From: Bacteroidia bacterium
GTDB taxonomy: Bacteria; Bacteroidota; Bacteroidia; JABEUT01
DNA length: 64,000 nt
Assembly (NCBI GenBank): GCA_052325425.1
Contig: JBKQUY010000102.1
Location: 472-64,471 of the forward strand
Reading direction: 5' to 3'
A program made the position numbers and the translations under genes. This document shows positions 49,459 through 60,400 of the stretch, piece after piece; within the stretch, counting starts at the first letter, position 1, and every line of letters starts with the position of its first letter. Under the pieces are notes generated by a model, which saw nothing but the letters and a program-made list of their open reading frames with translations, ran no database searches and was not told the DNA's origin.

Positions 49459-50177
49459 AGAATACAATTGAAGTCTGCTTTTCACCCCATTCATTCCCTT
49501 TATATCCTCACGAAGAGTGTATTGTTGTGGTAATTGATGTGCTTCGGGCTACTTCATCAATATGTACGGCTTTGCATTTTGGGGTTGAGAAAATATTGCC
49601 CGTCGCTTCGGTAGTTGAAGCAAGGAATTATCAGTCAAAAGGGTTTCTGGTTGCCGCTGAAAGGCAGGCCCGCCGTGTTGAAGGCTTTGACCTGGGTAAT
49701 TCCCCATTTGAATATATGCAGCAAAAGCTTAAAGGTAAAGTGGTAGTATTTACTACAACCAACGGTACACAGGCTATCCGTATAGCCCGCGACGCATATA
49801 AAATAGCTATTGGCTCTTTTTTAAACCTGACCGCTTTGTGCCAATGGCTGGCGGTACAGCATAAGAACATCATATTGCTTTGTGCAGGCTGGAAGGACTT
49901 TTTCAACCTTGAAGACACCTTATGCGCAGGGGCAATTGCATCAAAGCTCGACAAGACAGGCATGTTTGAAACCAGTTACGATTCTACACTGGCATCAAAA
50001 GCTTTATATGAATTGGCCCAAAAGGACCTCTATGGCTTTATGGAAAACTCATCGCACTTTACCCGTCTTGCCAAGCTCAATCTGCAGGATGATATCCGCT
50101 TCTGCTTGAAACTTGACCAGGCTCCTGTGGTACCCTTATTAGAGGGTAATTACATTGTCCCCGTTGGGCATAAGTAA
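49455..50177 (+). CDS. 2-phosphosulfolactate phosphatase (ComB family)
   Basis: [27 protein letters not shown]. Confidence 0.92.
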   Translation: MKNTIEVCFSPHSFPLYPHEECIVVVIDVLRATSSICTALHFGVEKILPVASVVEARNYQSKGFLVAAERQARRVEGFDLGNSPFEYMQQKLKGKVVVFTTTNGTQAIRIARDAYKIAIGSFLNLTALCQWLAVQHKNIILLCAGWKDFFNLEDTLCAGAIASKLDKTGMFETSYDSTLASKALYELAQKDLYGFMENSSHFTRLAKLNLQDDIRFCLKLDQAPVVPLLEGNYIVPVGHK

Positions 50178-50237
50178 GTATCCCATAAAAGTAAAACCCC
50201 TGTATATAATATATAGAAGGGCTTTATATTTCTCTTA

Positions 50238-50249
50238 GCGGTCCGGACG
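50238..50249 (-). other. tRNA 3'-end remnant (probably tRNA-Asp), candidate island att site
   Basis: GCGGTCCGGACG is the reverse complement of CGTCCGGACCGC, as remembered from Bacteroidota tRNA-Asp 3' ends; a hairpin at ~50193-50225 lies downstream on -; no T-arm follows. Confidence 0.5.
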
Positions 50250-50261
50250 TTTTTGGCTGTT

Positions 50262-50442
50262 ATAAGGTTGTATGCAGGCACCATTAGTAGCCATTATAGT
50301 AACATGTGATTGTCACTGTAGGGCTTGCCAAAACATTAGTTCCTGAAGTAATATTCAAGCCTGTATTTGGTATCCATTCAAAATTACTATCCAACCCGGT
50401 TGCATTAATAGCAATTGATTTCCCCTGGCATATTGATGGGGA
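50262..50442 (-). pseudogene. Degenerate fragment of an Ig-like T9SS adhesin repeat
   Basis: SPSICQGKSIAINATGLDSNFEWIPNTGLNITSGTNVLASPTVTIT then frameshift/stop; no start. Confidence 0.6.
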
Positions 50443-50622
50443 ACAACACTATGCAGCATTCTCTAAACTGGTGGTAGAATAATAAAATTGTATGGGTATA
50501 AATGCGTATTCCGGTTAAATAAGCATTCAGACCGCTACAAAAATTATTATAATGAACCCAACTGAAATTTTAAATTAAAAAAAGCACCCATATAAGGTGC
50601 TTTTCTTTAATAAAAGTAAGAA

Positions 50623-50802
50623 TTACTTGGCAGCTGGGGTTTCTGATTTCTTATCAGCTTTTTTGTGATTATTAGTCATTGCCTTCTTTTCCCCTTTTTT
50701 GTGGGTCTTATTGTCTGTTGCCTGTTGTGTTTGTTTGGGATTTGCAAATGAAATACCGGCAAACAAAATCATTGCTGCCAAAAATGCGCTCAGTTTTTTC
50801 AT
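50623..50802 (-). CDS. 59-aa secreted Lys-rich small protein (below ORF-track cutoff)
   Basis: MKKLSAFLAAMILFAGISFA-NPKQTQQATDNKTHKKGEKKAMTNNHKKADKKSETPAAK*; terminator AAAAGCACC...GGTGCTTTT at ~50578-50604. Confidence 0.75.
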   Translation of the reverse strand: MKKLSAFLAAMILFAGISFANPKQTQQATDNKTHKKGEKKAMTNNHKKADKKSETPAAK

Positions 50803-50989
50803 GATGTTTAAATTTTTAAATGATTTTATTATTTAATAAAACAAATTTAAATTAGTAAGGTGAAGAAATGATGAAGATGGAATAATTGGGTGTATTTTAA
50901 TGTGAAGTTTATATTATATTTTATAAAATAAAATATATATGTAATCAGAAATTCTTATAATTGCATCATTATAACCATTAATTATAGCC

Positions 50990-51250
50990 ATGAAAAAACT
51001 TTCTGTAATTCTGACAGCAGCGGTACTCCTGACCGGAATATCATCCATCACAGTTGCAAAACAAGATGATAAGAATAAAATGCAGTCTTATACTAAAGCA
51101 ACTACTGCTTCTGATGCCAAGGAAAAATCAACCATTATTTCTGCCCCGAAGACAGCAACTCTCATTCCAAAGCCAGGAAAAAGTGGAATGGAGAATGATA
51201 CAACCAGGAATCAAAAGAAGCTGCCTCCACCGCCACCCAGCAACAGGTAA
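50990..51250 (+). CDS. Small secreted low-complexity protein
   Basis: Signal peptide MKKLSVILTAAVLL...; K/T/P-rich; divergent from the similar small gene. Confidence 0.7.
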   Translation: MKKLSVILTAAVLLTGISSITVAKQDDKNKMQSYTKATTASDAKEKSTIISAPKTATLIPKPGKSGMENDTTRNQKKLPPPPPSNR

Positions 51251-51570
51251 TTTTTGAAAGTACAAATTATTGTAAAGCACCATGGATTACTTTATTCTGT
51301 AAAGCTTTTCATGGATGTATTCAAGTATTAAGTTTCACTTTATAGGATTATATGTTTATTCATATGAACCAATTGTTTATGTATTGTATATTTTAATTTC
51401 TAAATATCTTTTCCTGTTTTATCTCAATTTTTGCATGTTTCGGAAGAAATAACAATATTTTCATCTTTATTTAAAATTAATTTTCTATCATTGTAAAAAT
51501 TAACTCCTCGAACTACAGGCTTGGTTTTAATTTGATTTTGAATATTAAACAAGCTTGAACTCAATTTTTA

Positions 51571-54198
51571 TTGGAGTATAAAACTATAAATAGAAGAATT
51601 CCTTTTATCGTAATCGCTTTGTTATTAATTTTCATAACAAAGGCTGACTATTCATTTGCTCAAAGCACTGCAACAACTACTGTCACCTCAAGTTCATCAG
51701 TGAAATCGGACAGCGTTCAGGCAGCGAAAAAGGAGAGCGGCTTTATAAGCGCGATAAAAAAAATATTCCATATTCCTGATAATAAAAGCAAACGGGATAC
51801 TTCATCTACTGCGGCTAAGGCAAATAACAAAAAAGCTGACAGTGCCAATTCAACATCATATCCGACAGGGATATTTCACATACCAAAAGTTACAGGCAGT
51901 ACCGGCCAATCACCTTCTAATTCAGCGAATAAATCTGCTCCCTCTGATACATCCAAAAAATATTCCGGTGCAAAAAGCGACAGCGCTGCAAAAGCAGATT
52001 CAATGGCCAACAGCCACAAAAACTCTTTTATTTCAAAATTGGAACATATACAAACTCATGGCAGTATTAGCGCGGGATATGATTACGGAGTGCTCCCGTT
52101 TGCAAGCAACATACAGGTACCCATGGGCTATTTTCATAGCGAGGGCCAGGGGCAATTTACTGTGGCTACGCTCCCATTTACAGGCAGCTACTATTATTCT
52201 GACCTTTCAACTATATCCGGCTTGAATAATTATTTCAGGGTAGCATTTGACGTTCAGAAATTCAAACAGGAATACCTTGGTAAGGTTGGGCAGGAGGAGA
52301 GGGCAGTGAAGAATGAACTGATGCAAGCTTATAAAGACAGGCAACTGGCACAACAAAAATTATTATACCTGGAATCTTCACTTAGCCAGCCACAAGTCAA
52401 GATGCCCAATGCCCAGGTTCCCGATGCAAGCCTTCCGTCAACTAATGGTGTCATCGGCAAGGGAGAAACTACTGTAACTACTGCAATAGGAGATTCAGTA
52501 AAGAAAGATGAAAAAGGATTGGCGAAATCGGATTCTTTAAAGGCTCCGAAAGACACAAGTAAAGCGCCAAAAGATTCTATAGGCACTCCCAAAGGAAATG
52601 GCTCAGTTAAGTCAGATTCCGCTGCTTTGACAAAATCAACAAAGTCGTCTTTAACAAAGGATACTGCATCTCTGTTAAAAAATGACAGCACGAAAGCCCA
52701 AATAGAAAAATATAAAAAGGATATAGAGACTTATGACAAACTGATAGATAAATATACCCATGAACTGAGCAGTATCCAGAATAATGCAACAGCATTGGAA
52801 AGGACCAACCCATACCTGAGCAAAGCGTTGAATATTATGGGAGGCGTGAAAAAGCTTGAGGTTGGTTTATGTTATCCCGAGTACAGTACATTCCTATTAA
52901 ATGGAATGGCAGTAAAAGGATTTAATGTAGAATACGAAAAGAATGGAGTATTTACGGCTATAACCGAGGGTACTACTGTAAATACATTGCTGTTTACTAA
53001 TAACACATTGCAGAACCATCTTGTAAACATGCAGAACCTGTATAATATGTTTGACTTCAACAGTGTTCAGAACGGAAGGAAAATAATTGCCGGGAAAATT
53101 GGTATTGGTGAAAAGGACGGAACACACATTTTTGCAGGGCTATTATATGGCGATGGTTTACCCTCATATGCTACAACGACTTCCGGCTCTTTACCGGATG
53201 GCACCAGTAAAAATTATGTATTGGAATTTGATGGACAATATGCATTTAATAAGAATAATATAATTAGCCTGATTTATGGCAAATCATCCACTCAAACTTA
53301 TACGCCAACCTATAGTATTACTGACGGGGGCTTATTCAATTCTCTCCAAAGCAAAGCTATGCTTGGAAAATATAAATTAAAAATCCCCAAGACAAATTCT
53401 ACAATAACACTTACCGGAAGATGGATTGATCCATATTTTAACAGTTTCGGTTTGGGTTATATACGCACGGATAATTTGAGGTACGAGGCAAAATGGGAAC
53501 AGCAATTAAGCAAAAAAATAAAATTCAGCATCTTTTTCAGGAAGGATGAAGATGATGTGCTGCAACTGTATGAATATCGCACCATATTACAGACTGTCGG
53601 AACAAATACGACCATTAAACTGATGAGAAGCCTGACATTGCGGATTGGGTATACTCCGGTTGTAGAACATATGTATGACTTTACCAATGCAGCCAATGAT
53701 ATTTTTAACAATAACTACATCTGCAACGGAGTAATTACCTATGCTCCTATTATACATGGATTAAATACCGCCTTCAACTTTTCTTATAATTACTATAAGC
53801 TCACTACCGATTCACAAACTTTGGTATTTCAGAATGTCAGTTTCAGCAACCTTACAAGGTTCAAAAATTCTTTATCAAATAATATAACTATAAGCTGGTT
53901 TAAAACCACACCTACAGACAGCCTCAATAATGATGTATGGATGGTTTCAGATGAGGTAGGATATAGTTTTGCCCACGGATTAAACATAGCAGTGGGTGGA
54001 AAAGCGGCATACAGCCCCATACAGAACGACTGGCAATACGGATACCAGCTAAAAATAAAAATACCATTGGTTAAGCATCTCTCCTGTGATATAAGCGGGG
54101 AGAAGCTGGTATTGGGAGACTTTTACAATGATTTTGATATTTCGGAGATTGAGAAATTTCCATTCTTAATAAAAGGTAAGATAACTATGACCTGGTAA
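51571..54198 (+). CDS. Outer-membrane beta-barrel-like protein with disordered S/K/D-rich inserts
   Basis: Signal peptide; amphipathic strand pattern in the C-half, DPYFNSFG motif, terminal W. Confidence 0.75.
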   Translation: MEYKTINRRIPFIVIALLLIFITKADYSFAQSTATTTVTSSSSVKSDSVQAAKKESGFISAIKKIFHIPDNKSKRDTSSTAAKANNKKADSANSTSYPTGIFHIPKVTGSTGQSPSNSANKSAPSDTSKKYSGAKSDSAAKADSMANSHKNSFISKLEHIQTHGSISAGYDYGVLPFASNIQVPMGYFHSEGQGQFTVATLPFTGSYYYSDLSTISGLNNYFRVAFDVQKFKQEYLGKVGQEERAVKNELMQAYKDRQLAQQKLLYLESSLSQPQVKMPNAQVPDASLPSTNGVIGKGETTVTTAIGDSVKKDEKGLAKSDSLKAPKDTSKAPKDSIGTPKGNGSVKSDSAALTKSTKSSLTKDTASLLKNDSTKAQIEKYKKDIETYDKLIDKYTHELSSIQNNATALERTNPYLSKALNIMGGVKKLEVGLCYPEYSTFLLNGMAVKGFNVEYEKNGVFTAITEGTTVNTLLFTNNTLQNHLVNMQNLYNMFDFNSVQNGRKIIAGKIGIGEKDGTHIFAGLLYGDGLPSYATTTSGSLPDGTSKNYVLEFDGQYAFNKNNIISLIYGKSSTQTYTPTYSITDGGLFNSLQSKAMLGKYKLKIPKTNSTITLTGRWIDPYFNSFGLGYIRTDNLRYEAKWEQQLSKKIKFSIFFRKDEDDVLQLYEYRTILQTVGTNTTIKLMRSLTLRIGYTPVVEHMYDFTNAANDIFNNNYICNGVITYAPIIHGLNTAFNFSYNYYKLTTDSQTLVFQNVSFSNLTRFKNSLSNNITISWFKTTPTDSLNNDVWMVSDEVGYSFAHGLNIAVGGKAAYSPIQNDWQYGYQLKIKIPLVKHLSCDISGEKLVLGDFYNDFDISEIEKFPFLIKGKITMTW

Positions 54199-54235
54199 CA
54201 ATTGCAAAAAAAATATAACCATTAATCCCACTGAA

Positions 54236-54982
54236 ATGAAAAACAAACTAAAATGCGTACTGGTAGATGAGGATACTTCATTGCATGAGACCGTAAAAAA
54301 TTTATGCAGTTCTTCCAATTTGGCTGTGGTTACACAAAGTTTTATATGCCCAAAACAATTCTTAGAAGCGGCTCCTAATATTGATTTTGATATATGCCTG
54401 TTAGATTTATATATGTCTGAAATGAATGGGATTATGTTAGCAAAGCGCCTTAATGGAAAGTTGGTAATCTTTGTTACCGGGGTAGGGGAAAATTTAAAAG
54501 ATGCTATAGAAGCAGACCCGCTGGATATACTTTTCAAGCCACTTAAAAAAGACCGCTTTATCAGGGCTATTGAAAAGGCTACCGCCCTGTTGAATGAATC
54601 GAAAAGTATTCTTCATGACAGGGGGCCTCAGGAACAGAAATATAAATTGTTTAATGTCGCTGAGTCAAAGGAAAAAGTCAGATTATGTCTTTCCGATATT
54701 TATTTTGTAGGAAATGATTCGGACGATTCCCGCAATAAATCAATAGTTATGAAAGATGGCAAGCAATTTACCTTAATGCGCTATACATTTGAGGAACTTT
54801 TAGGCTTCTGTTCTACCCTGACACAGGTTAACCGATCGGAATTAATTTCCATAGAGGCAGTTCAGAAAGTGCGTCATGACCTTATTTCACTGAAATTTAA
54901 TGACCCGCGTGAAATAATTGTTAAGCAAGTAACACTTAATCGTACCTACAGGCAATCCTTCATGTCCAGGATGAAGATATGA
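54236..54982 (+). CDS. LytTR-family response regulator
   Basis: Receiver (VLVDED, LLDLYM, FVTG, KP) plus LytTR-type QVNRSELISI. Confidence 0.88.
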   Translation: MKNKLKCVLVDEDTSLHETVKNLCSSSNLAVVTQSFICPKQFLEAAPNIDFDICLLDLYMSEMNGIMLAKRLNGKLVIFVTGVGENLKDAIEADPLDILFKPLKKDRFIRAIEKATALLNESKSILHDRGPQEQKYKLFNVAESKEKVRLCLSDIYFVGNDSDDSRNKSIVMKDGKQFTLMRYTFEELLGFCSTLTQVNRSELISIEAVQKVRHDLISLKFNDPREIIVKQVTLNRTYRQSFMSRMKI

Positions 54983-54994
54983 AAATGCATCCTG

Positions 54995-55036
54995 ATGCCT
55001 ATTTATTGTCATTCAATGCCTATTTCTTGTCATTCA
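54995..55036 (+). promoter_or_regulatory. 21-bp tandem direct repeat, candidate LytTR binding site
   Basis: ATGCCTATTTATTGTCATTCA + ATGCCTATTTCTTGTCATTCA (20/21), upstream of a -7-like TACTATTG (55071-55078). Confidence 0.7.
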
Positions 55037-55119
55037 CAACCAACGCAGTAATTTTTTAATATTTCTTTTCTACTATTGTGCCATCAAGGTCATCAGTGGA
55101 CTTGAATAAACAGAGAACC

Positions 55120-56241
55120 ATGAAGAATCTATACTTAACATCAACCATCATACTTCTATCCCTGTTGATTTTTAGCTTTTCTTCCAATGGGCAGCAGGTA
55201 ACAATTGTAAGCGCGGATGTTAATGCCTATAATGTCACGCCCCGTGGACTCTGCCAGGCAGTACTGATGAACCCGGCAACGAATGTAGAGGTAATGTTGG
55301 AGGCAGAGTTGCTGGATGCAGCCAATGAACCTTTGGTTACGGTAAAAACCAATCCATTCATGCTTCACAATGGATTGAATGCTGCTTCTAATATGAACTT
55401 TAGCATAGCAAGTGTTGAATACGGGACCACCAGTATAGTTCCTTATATCAGGAACTCCAATATTCTCCCGACAGGTAAATACAGTTATTGCATCAAAGTA
55501 ATGATAGTAGGAGGTAATGCAGAAGAAGGCGATAATTACTGCGACGAGATAGAATCGGATATTGATTCTTATTTATACCTGGTTAGCCCGGAAGACATGG
55601 ATACGATAAATACGCCGAATCCTGTATTAATATGGAATCATAGTGATCCATTCAATACTTTAGGCCCCGGTGAATATTATAGGATGCTGTTAGTGCCTGT
55701 TACAGAAGGCCAGACAGCAGATGAAGCAGTAACGGTCAATACCCCGCTATATCTTAAGAATAACCTCGAAGAAAACCAGGTACAATATCCCTTTGACGCC
55801 CCCGAACTTGAGCCGGGCAAACATTACGGATGGCAGGTTCAGCTTATAAGTAATGATGTAATAGCCAATAAGACAGAGGCCTGGGAATTCATAGAATATA
55901 TCCATGTTCCTTTAAAAGATAATAAGTATGCCATAATGAGGACTTCCACTGACGGAGGTTTTTATACTGCGGCAAATAACAGGATTTTCTTCAGGTTTGA
56001 TGAAGCCTATGCTACTTCCAATGTGGTTGAATGTTTAATATTTGACAGCCAGATGAAACCTGTAAAATCAAAGACGCTGGACGCGACTAAAAATACTGAT
56101 GGCACCATAGCCCTGAAACAACAAGGATATAACCAGTATGAAGTAGACCTGAACGGAATGAATATAAAAAGCGGTTTTTATTATTTGCAGATAAAAAATG
56201 CCAAAGGACAAGTATTTAAGTTAAAATTCCAGGTACTCTAA
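55120..56241 (+). CDS. Secreted Ig/Fn3-like hypothetical protein
   Basis: Signal peptide from ATG 55120; LPTGKYSYCI, LYLVSPED, LEPGKHYGWQV; CTD-like tail GFYYLQIKN...KLKFQVL. Confidence 0.75.
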   Translation: MKNLYLTSTIILLSLLIFSFSSNGQQVTIVSADVNAYNVTPRGLCQAVLMNPATNVEVMLEAELLDAANEPLVTVKTNPFMLHNGLNAASNMNFSIASVEYGTTSIVPYIRNSNILPTGKYSYCIKVMIVGGNAEEGDNYCDEIESDIDSYLYLVSPEDMDTINTPNPVLIWNHSDPFNTLGPGEYYRMLLVPVTEGQTADEAVTVNTPLYLKNNLEENQVQYPFDAPELEPGKHYGWQVQLISNDVIANKTEAWEFIEYIHVPLKDNKYAIMRTSTDGGFYTAANNRIFFRFDEAYATSNVVECLIFDSQMKPVKSKTLDATKNTDGTIALKQQGYNQYEVDLNGMNIKSGFYYLQIKNAKGQVFKLKFQVL

Positions 56242-56251
56242 AAAGATTTTT

Positions 56252-56791
56252 GTGATTAAAATAAACGATAAGTTAAAAATGATATTTCTTTATTCCATAA
56301 TCTCACTGATGGTAGCCTACCTTGCCTATGATCGTTTTTGGGGTGGAACAAAAACCGGCTACGTGATCATCCTGGATGTCTATAACCAGTTCAGCATGAA
56401 AAAAGAACTGCAGAAAAAATATGAATCTTCCCACAGCGCCCGGAAGAAGATAGTAGACAGCCTTGCCATGGCTGTTCGCATGTTAGCTCAAAAGATACAG
56501 GCCGAGAAAGTCAGGGACACTTCGGATATAAGGATTTTCAATGAAAAGCGAATGGAATATTTTGAGCGTAAGCATATGATAGCCCAGGATGACAGCGCCC
56601 AGATGAAACAGTACGATGAATCGATACTGAACCAGATAAACCAGTACGTAAAAGATTATGCAAAGGAAAACCATTATAAGTACATTTTTGGCAATGGTGG
56701 TAATGGCGACCTGATGGCTGCCGATGAGTCGGAAAATATTACAGCAGCGGTCACCCAATATATTAATGAACGATACGAAGGAAAAAAATGA
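56252..56791 (+). CDS. OmpH/Skp-family protein
   Basis: KTGYV....VYNQF, coiled coil, INQYVKDYAKENHYKYIFG, NITAAVTQYIN. Confidence 0.82.
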   Translation: MIKINDKLKMIFLYSIISLMVAYLAYDRFWGGTKTGYVIILDVYNQFSMKKELQKKYESSHSARKKIVDSLAMAVRMLAQKIQAEKVRDTSDIRIFNEKRMEYFERKHMIAQDDSAQMKQYDESILNQINQYVKDYAKENHYKYIFGNGGNGDLMAADESENITAAVTQYINERYEGKK

Positions 56792-57453
56792 AGAGAATAA
56801 TACTTGGGTGCCTCTGCATACTGTTTGCGTATTCATGCACCCGTTTTCAAAACAACACGGGAACAGGCGGGGATCAAAATCCCACCGGGAGCACGTATAC
56901 CTCGGATACAAAATTAGTGCCCGGTGAATATGTAAAGTGGGTAGAGAATGAACAAAATGGATTGAAAAAGAAAAGAGAAATAGGTGATATAACTTTTTAT
57001 GCTCAATATAAACCACTGCAATATATAGTTTGTGAAGAAGAAAGGAAGAATGATATACCCGATACTACTGCTAAAAGAAGGGCATCCGAGTTAAACGGGA
57101 TGCAATATATGACATTAAAAATAGCTCTGAAGGATGGCAAGGAAGAATTGCTCCGCTATGGAATTTCATCTGCATCTGACTATGACGACAGGGTGAATTA
57201 TTTTTCATTCGGCATGCAACAAGATTTGCAATTGGTGGAGTCTGGGGATACGCTTCCCTGCCTGCTGTTCCATTATGAGCGCATATTCGGCCTGGCCCCT
57301 TATGCCACCTTTTCCCTTGCCTTTGCAAAAGGCAAAAATGTAAATGCCGATAAGACCCTTATACTTTTTGACCATGTTTTTAATAAAGGATTGGTAAAAT
57401 TTTTCTTTAAAGGAAAAGATATAGATGCAGCGCCGCAAGTAGCAACAATATGA
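56788..57453 (+). CDS. Hypothetical lipoprotein
   Basis: Lipobox FAYSC; 4-bp overlaps with both neighbours. Confidence 0.8.
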   Translation: MKRIILGCLCILFAYSCTRFQNNTGTGGDQNPTGSTYTSDTKLVPGEYVKWVENEQNGLKKKREIGDITFYAQYKPLQYIVCEEERKNDIPDTTAKRRASELNGMQYMTLKIALKDGKEELLRYGISSASDYDDRVNYFSFGMQQDLQLVESGDTLPCLLFHYERIFGLAPYATFSLAFAKGKNVNADKTLILFDHVFNKGLVKFFFKGKDIDAAPQVATI

Positions 57454-60400
57454 TGAGAAAAATACTTAAAATAAGGAAAAGATTTGGTAAGCCGGTTCAT
57501 AAATCGGTTGCTCTCATTGCTTTGTTAAGCATTCTATTCCAGTTAAGTTTTCCCACTTTTGCTTTTGCACTTACAGGTGGCCCCAGCCAGCCTGAGACGC
57601 AAAGCTTTGAACCGGTAAGCACCTCTGATATGGTTGATCCTTTTTCCGGCGGCTTCACCTATAATATTCCACTGCTGAATGTGGATGGGTATCCGATAAA
57701 TATCAGCTACCATTCAGGAATCAGCATGGACCAGGAAGCTTCCTGGGTGGGGTTGGGCTGGAACATAAACCCCGGTTGTGTAAGCCGCAATGTACGCGGA
57801 ATCCCCGATGATTTTGAAGGCGATACGATACAGAGAGATTTCAATATGAAGGAGAATACCACCTGGGGAGTGTCAGTCGGTGCCGGGCTTAAAATATTCG
57901 GCTTGCCAAAATCGCTGTTTTCCGGCAGCCTGCAGGCATCTCTGGGTGTACATTATAATAATTATAACGGCGTAGGCACCGATTTATCCGTAACTCTTTC
58001 TGTAACTGCAGGCGCGTCTGGCAAATCGCCTTTGACGGGCAGTCTTGGCCTTGACGCCAACAGTGAAAATGGCGTGTCAGTAGCTCCTAGCCTTGGGTTA
58101 AGCTGTAAATTGAGCGATGCAGATGGAGGTTCAGTTAATCTTGGAGCAAGTGTTGGGACGGCATTTAATACACGGCATGGGTTACAATCTTTAACTATTG
58201 GAACAAGTGTAGGGATAACAACGGATCCCTCTAAAGATGCTAACGGCAATATAACTCATCAGGGCGGAGATATTTCCGGCCCGACTACACCTTCTGCTCA
58301 TTTTAATTTTATGCAGTCAACCTATACTCCCCAGGTTACTATGTCTATGACTGACCTTTCTATTACCGGCAATTTCAGGTTAGGCTTCGAAGGCAGCGGG
58401 GCTCACCCGAATTTTAACGTAGGAGGATATTATACTACTCAATCGCTGACTGCAAATACGGTATATAACCCCGCATACGGTTATATGCATGCCGATGAAG
58501 GGGTGCAGAACCCAAGCGCGATGATGGATTTCAACCGTGAAAAAGACGGGGCATTTACTTCCTCCACGCCCGATCTGCCTTTGGCAAATTTCACTTATGA
58601 TATTTTTACAGTTTCCGGCCAGGGGGCGGGTGGGAGCTACCGCCCATTCCGAGGAGACATAGGCCACGTATTCGACCCTTATAATGTAACTACCAGCCAG
58701 GGCAATGAAATAGGAGTAGATGTCGGCATAGGAGATATTTTTCATGCCGGTGTAGATGTTACAGCCAACACGGTAAATACTTCAAGCGGTGACTGGTCAA
58801 TGGACAATAATTCCATGCCGGGATTGTCATTCGCTTCTTCGGCTCCGGGAAACCCGACATACGAACCGGTATATTTTAAGGAAGCAAGTGAAAAATCGGT
58901 TGAATCAGACCCTTCTTTTTTTCAAAAAGAAGGCGGTTTAAATCCTGAACGTGTAGCTTTAGACCAGATAGCTGATTTCTATACGGTTGCTACTAATACC
59001 TATGAATCCGGGCTTCCGGTTGCAAAAGCCAACTACCGCCAGAAGAGGGATATCAGGAATCAAAGCATTTCAATGCTTACCCGCGGCCAGCTTCAAACCT
59101 CAGGCCTTGAAGATCCCACTACGCTGAATTTGTTTCCCGGCGCACGCCCCCACCATATTGCCGAAATCACCTCTCTTGGTACAGACGGGAAGAGATATGT
59201 ATATGGAATTGCCGCATACAATACAAAGAAAAAGGAAGTGACTTTTGCTGCGGGGGAAAATGCCAGTGATGTTCCGGGAGACCCTTTAAACGGGGTTACG
59301 GGCCTTGTTACATATTCAGGTTCAGATAATACTACAGGGAATACTGAAGGAATAGATAACTATTATTCAGGTATAACTACTCCTCCATATGCACACAGTT
59401 ACTTGCTGACCGCCGTGCTTTCACCTGATTACGTTGATGCCGATAGCATCAGGGGACCAAGTAACGGAGATTTGGGAACATGGACAAAATTCAACTACAC
59501 CAAACAACCTATTTTTAAATGGAGAGTGCCTGTTGGCGACCATACAGCTACCTATAATGAAGGTTTTAAATCTGACCCTACCTCTCCTAAAGCAAATTAC
59601 ATCTATGGCGAAAAAGAACTCTGGTATCTTAACTCCATCGAAACCAAAAATTATATAGCTGTATTTACCACAAAGGCAAGATTGGACGGGTTAGGCGTAA
59701 ATGATGAAAATGGCTCTATTAATACAGATACCAGCTATGCCCCGCGTATGCTCACTACAATAAGCCTTTATACCAAGCCTAATTATAATGCTTATCTTGC
59801 TAATCCTTCATCAACCACTCTTGTGCCTATTGAACAAGTTCATTTTGTTTATAACTATTCATTATGCCCCAATGTTCCTAATAATTATAATGTTGCAACC
59901 GGTTCTTCATCAAGCAATACAGGTAAACTTACATTAACGAAAATATATTTTACCTATCAAAATTCCTTTAAGGGTGAATTGAGCCCTTATGTTTTCAATT
60001 ATAGCTCATTTAACCCGGGTTACAGTATCAAAGCATATGACAGATGGGGTTTTTATAAGGCGGACTCCTCAACAAGTTATGCATATAATGCTTTACCTCC
60101 TCCTGCAGAATATTCTTACGTAGATCAAAATAAAGCTGAAGCAGACCAAAATGCTTCAGCTTGGACAATGACTGACGTTATTATGCCATCAGGGGGAGAC
60201 ATACATATAGATTATGAATCGAATGATTATGCCAGTGTACAAAATCTTCCAGCTATGCAAATGGCAAAAATCGAGGCTGCTACTCCAACTTCCAGTAATA
60301 TTAGTATCCCAGCCAGGTTTACTTCAAATCTACTGGCAGGCAATTTTCCATCTGACCCTAAAGATGTGAATTACGTTTTAGTTTTTCCCCTTCAAAATGA

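Noticed and set aside
50193-50260. Complete tRNA gene
   Set aside because: Only 12 bp of an acceptor-end-like sequence; no T-loop, anticodon or D arm
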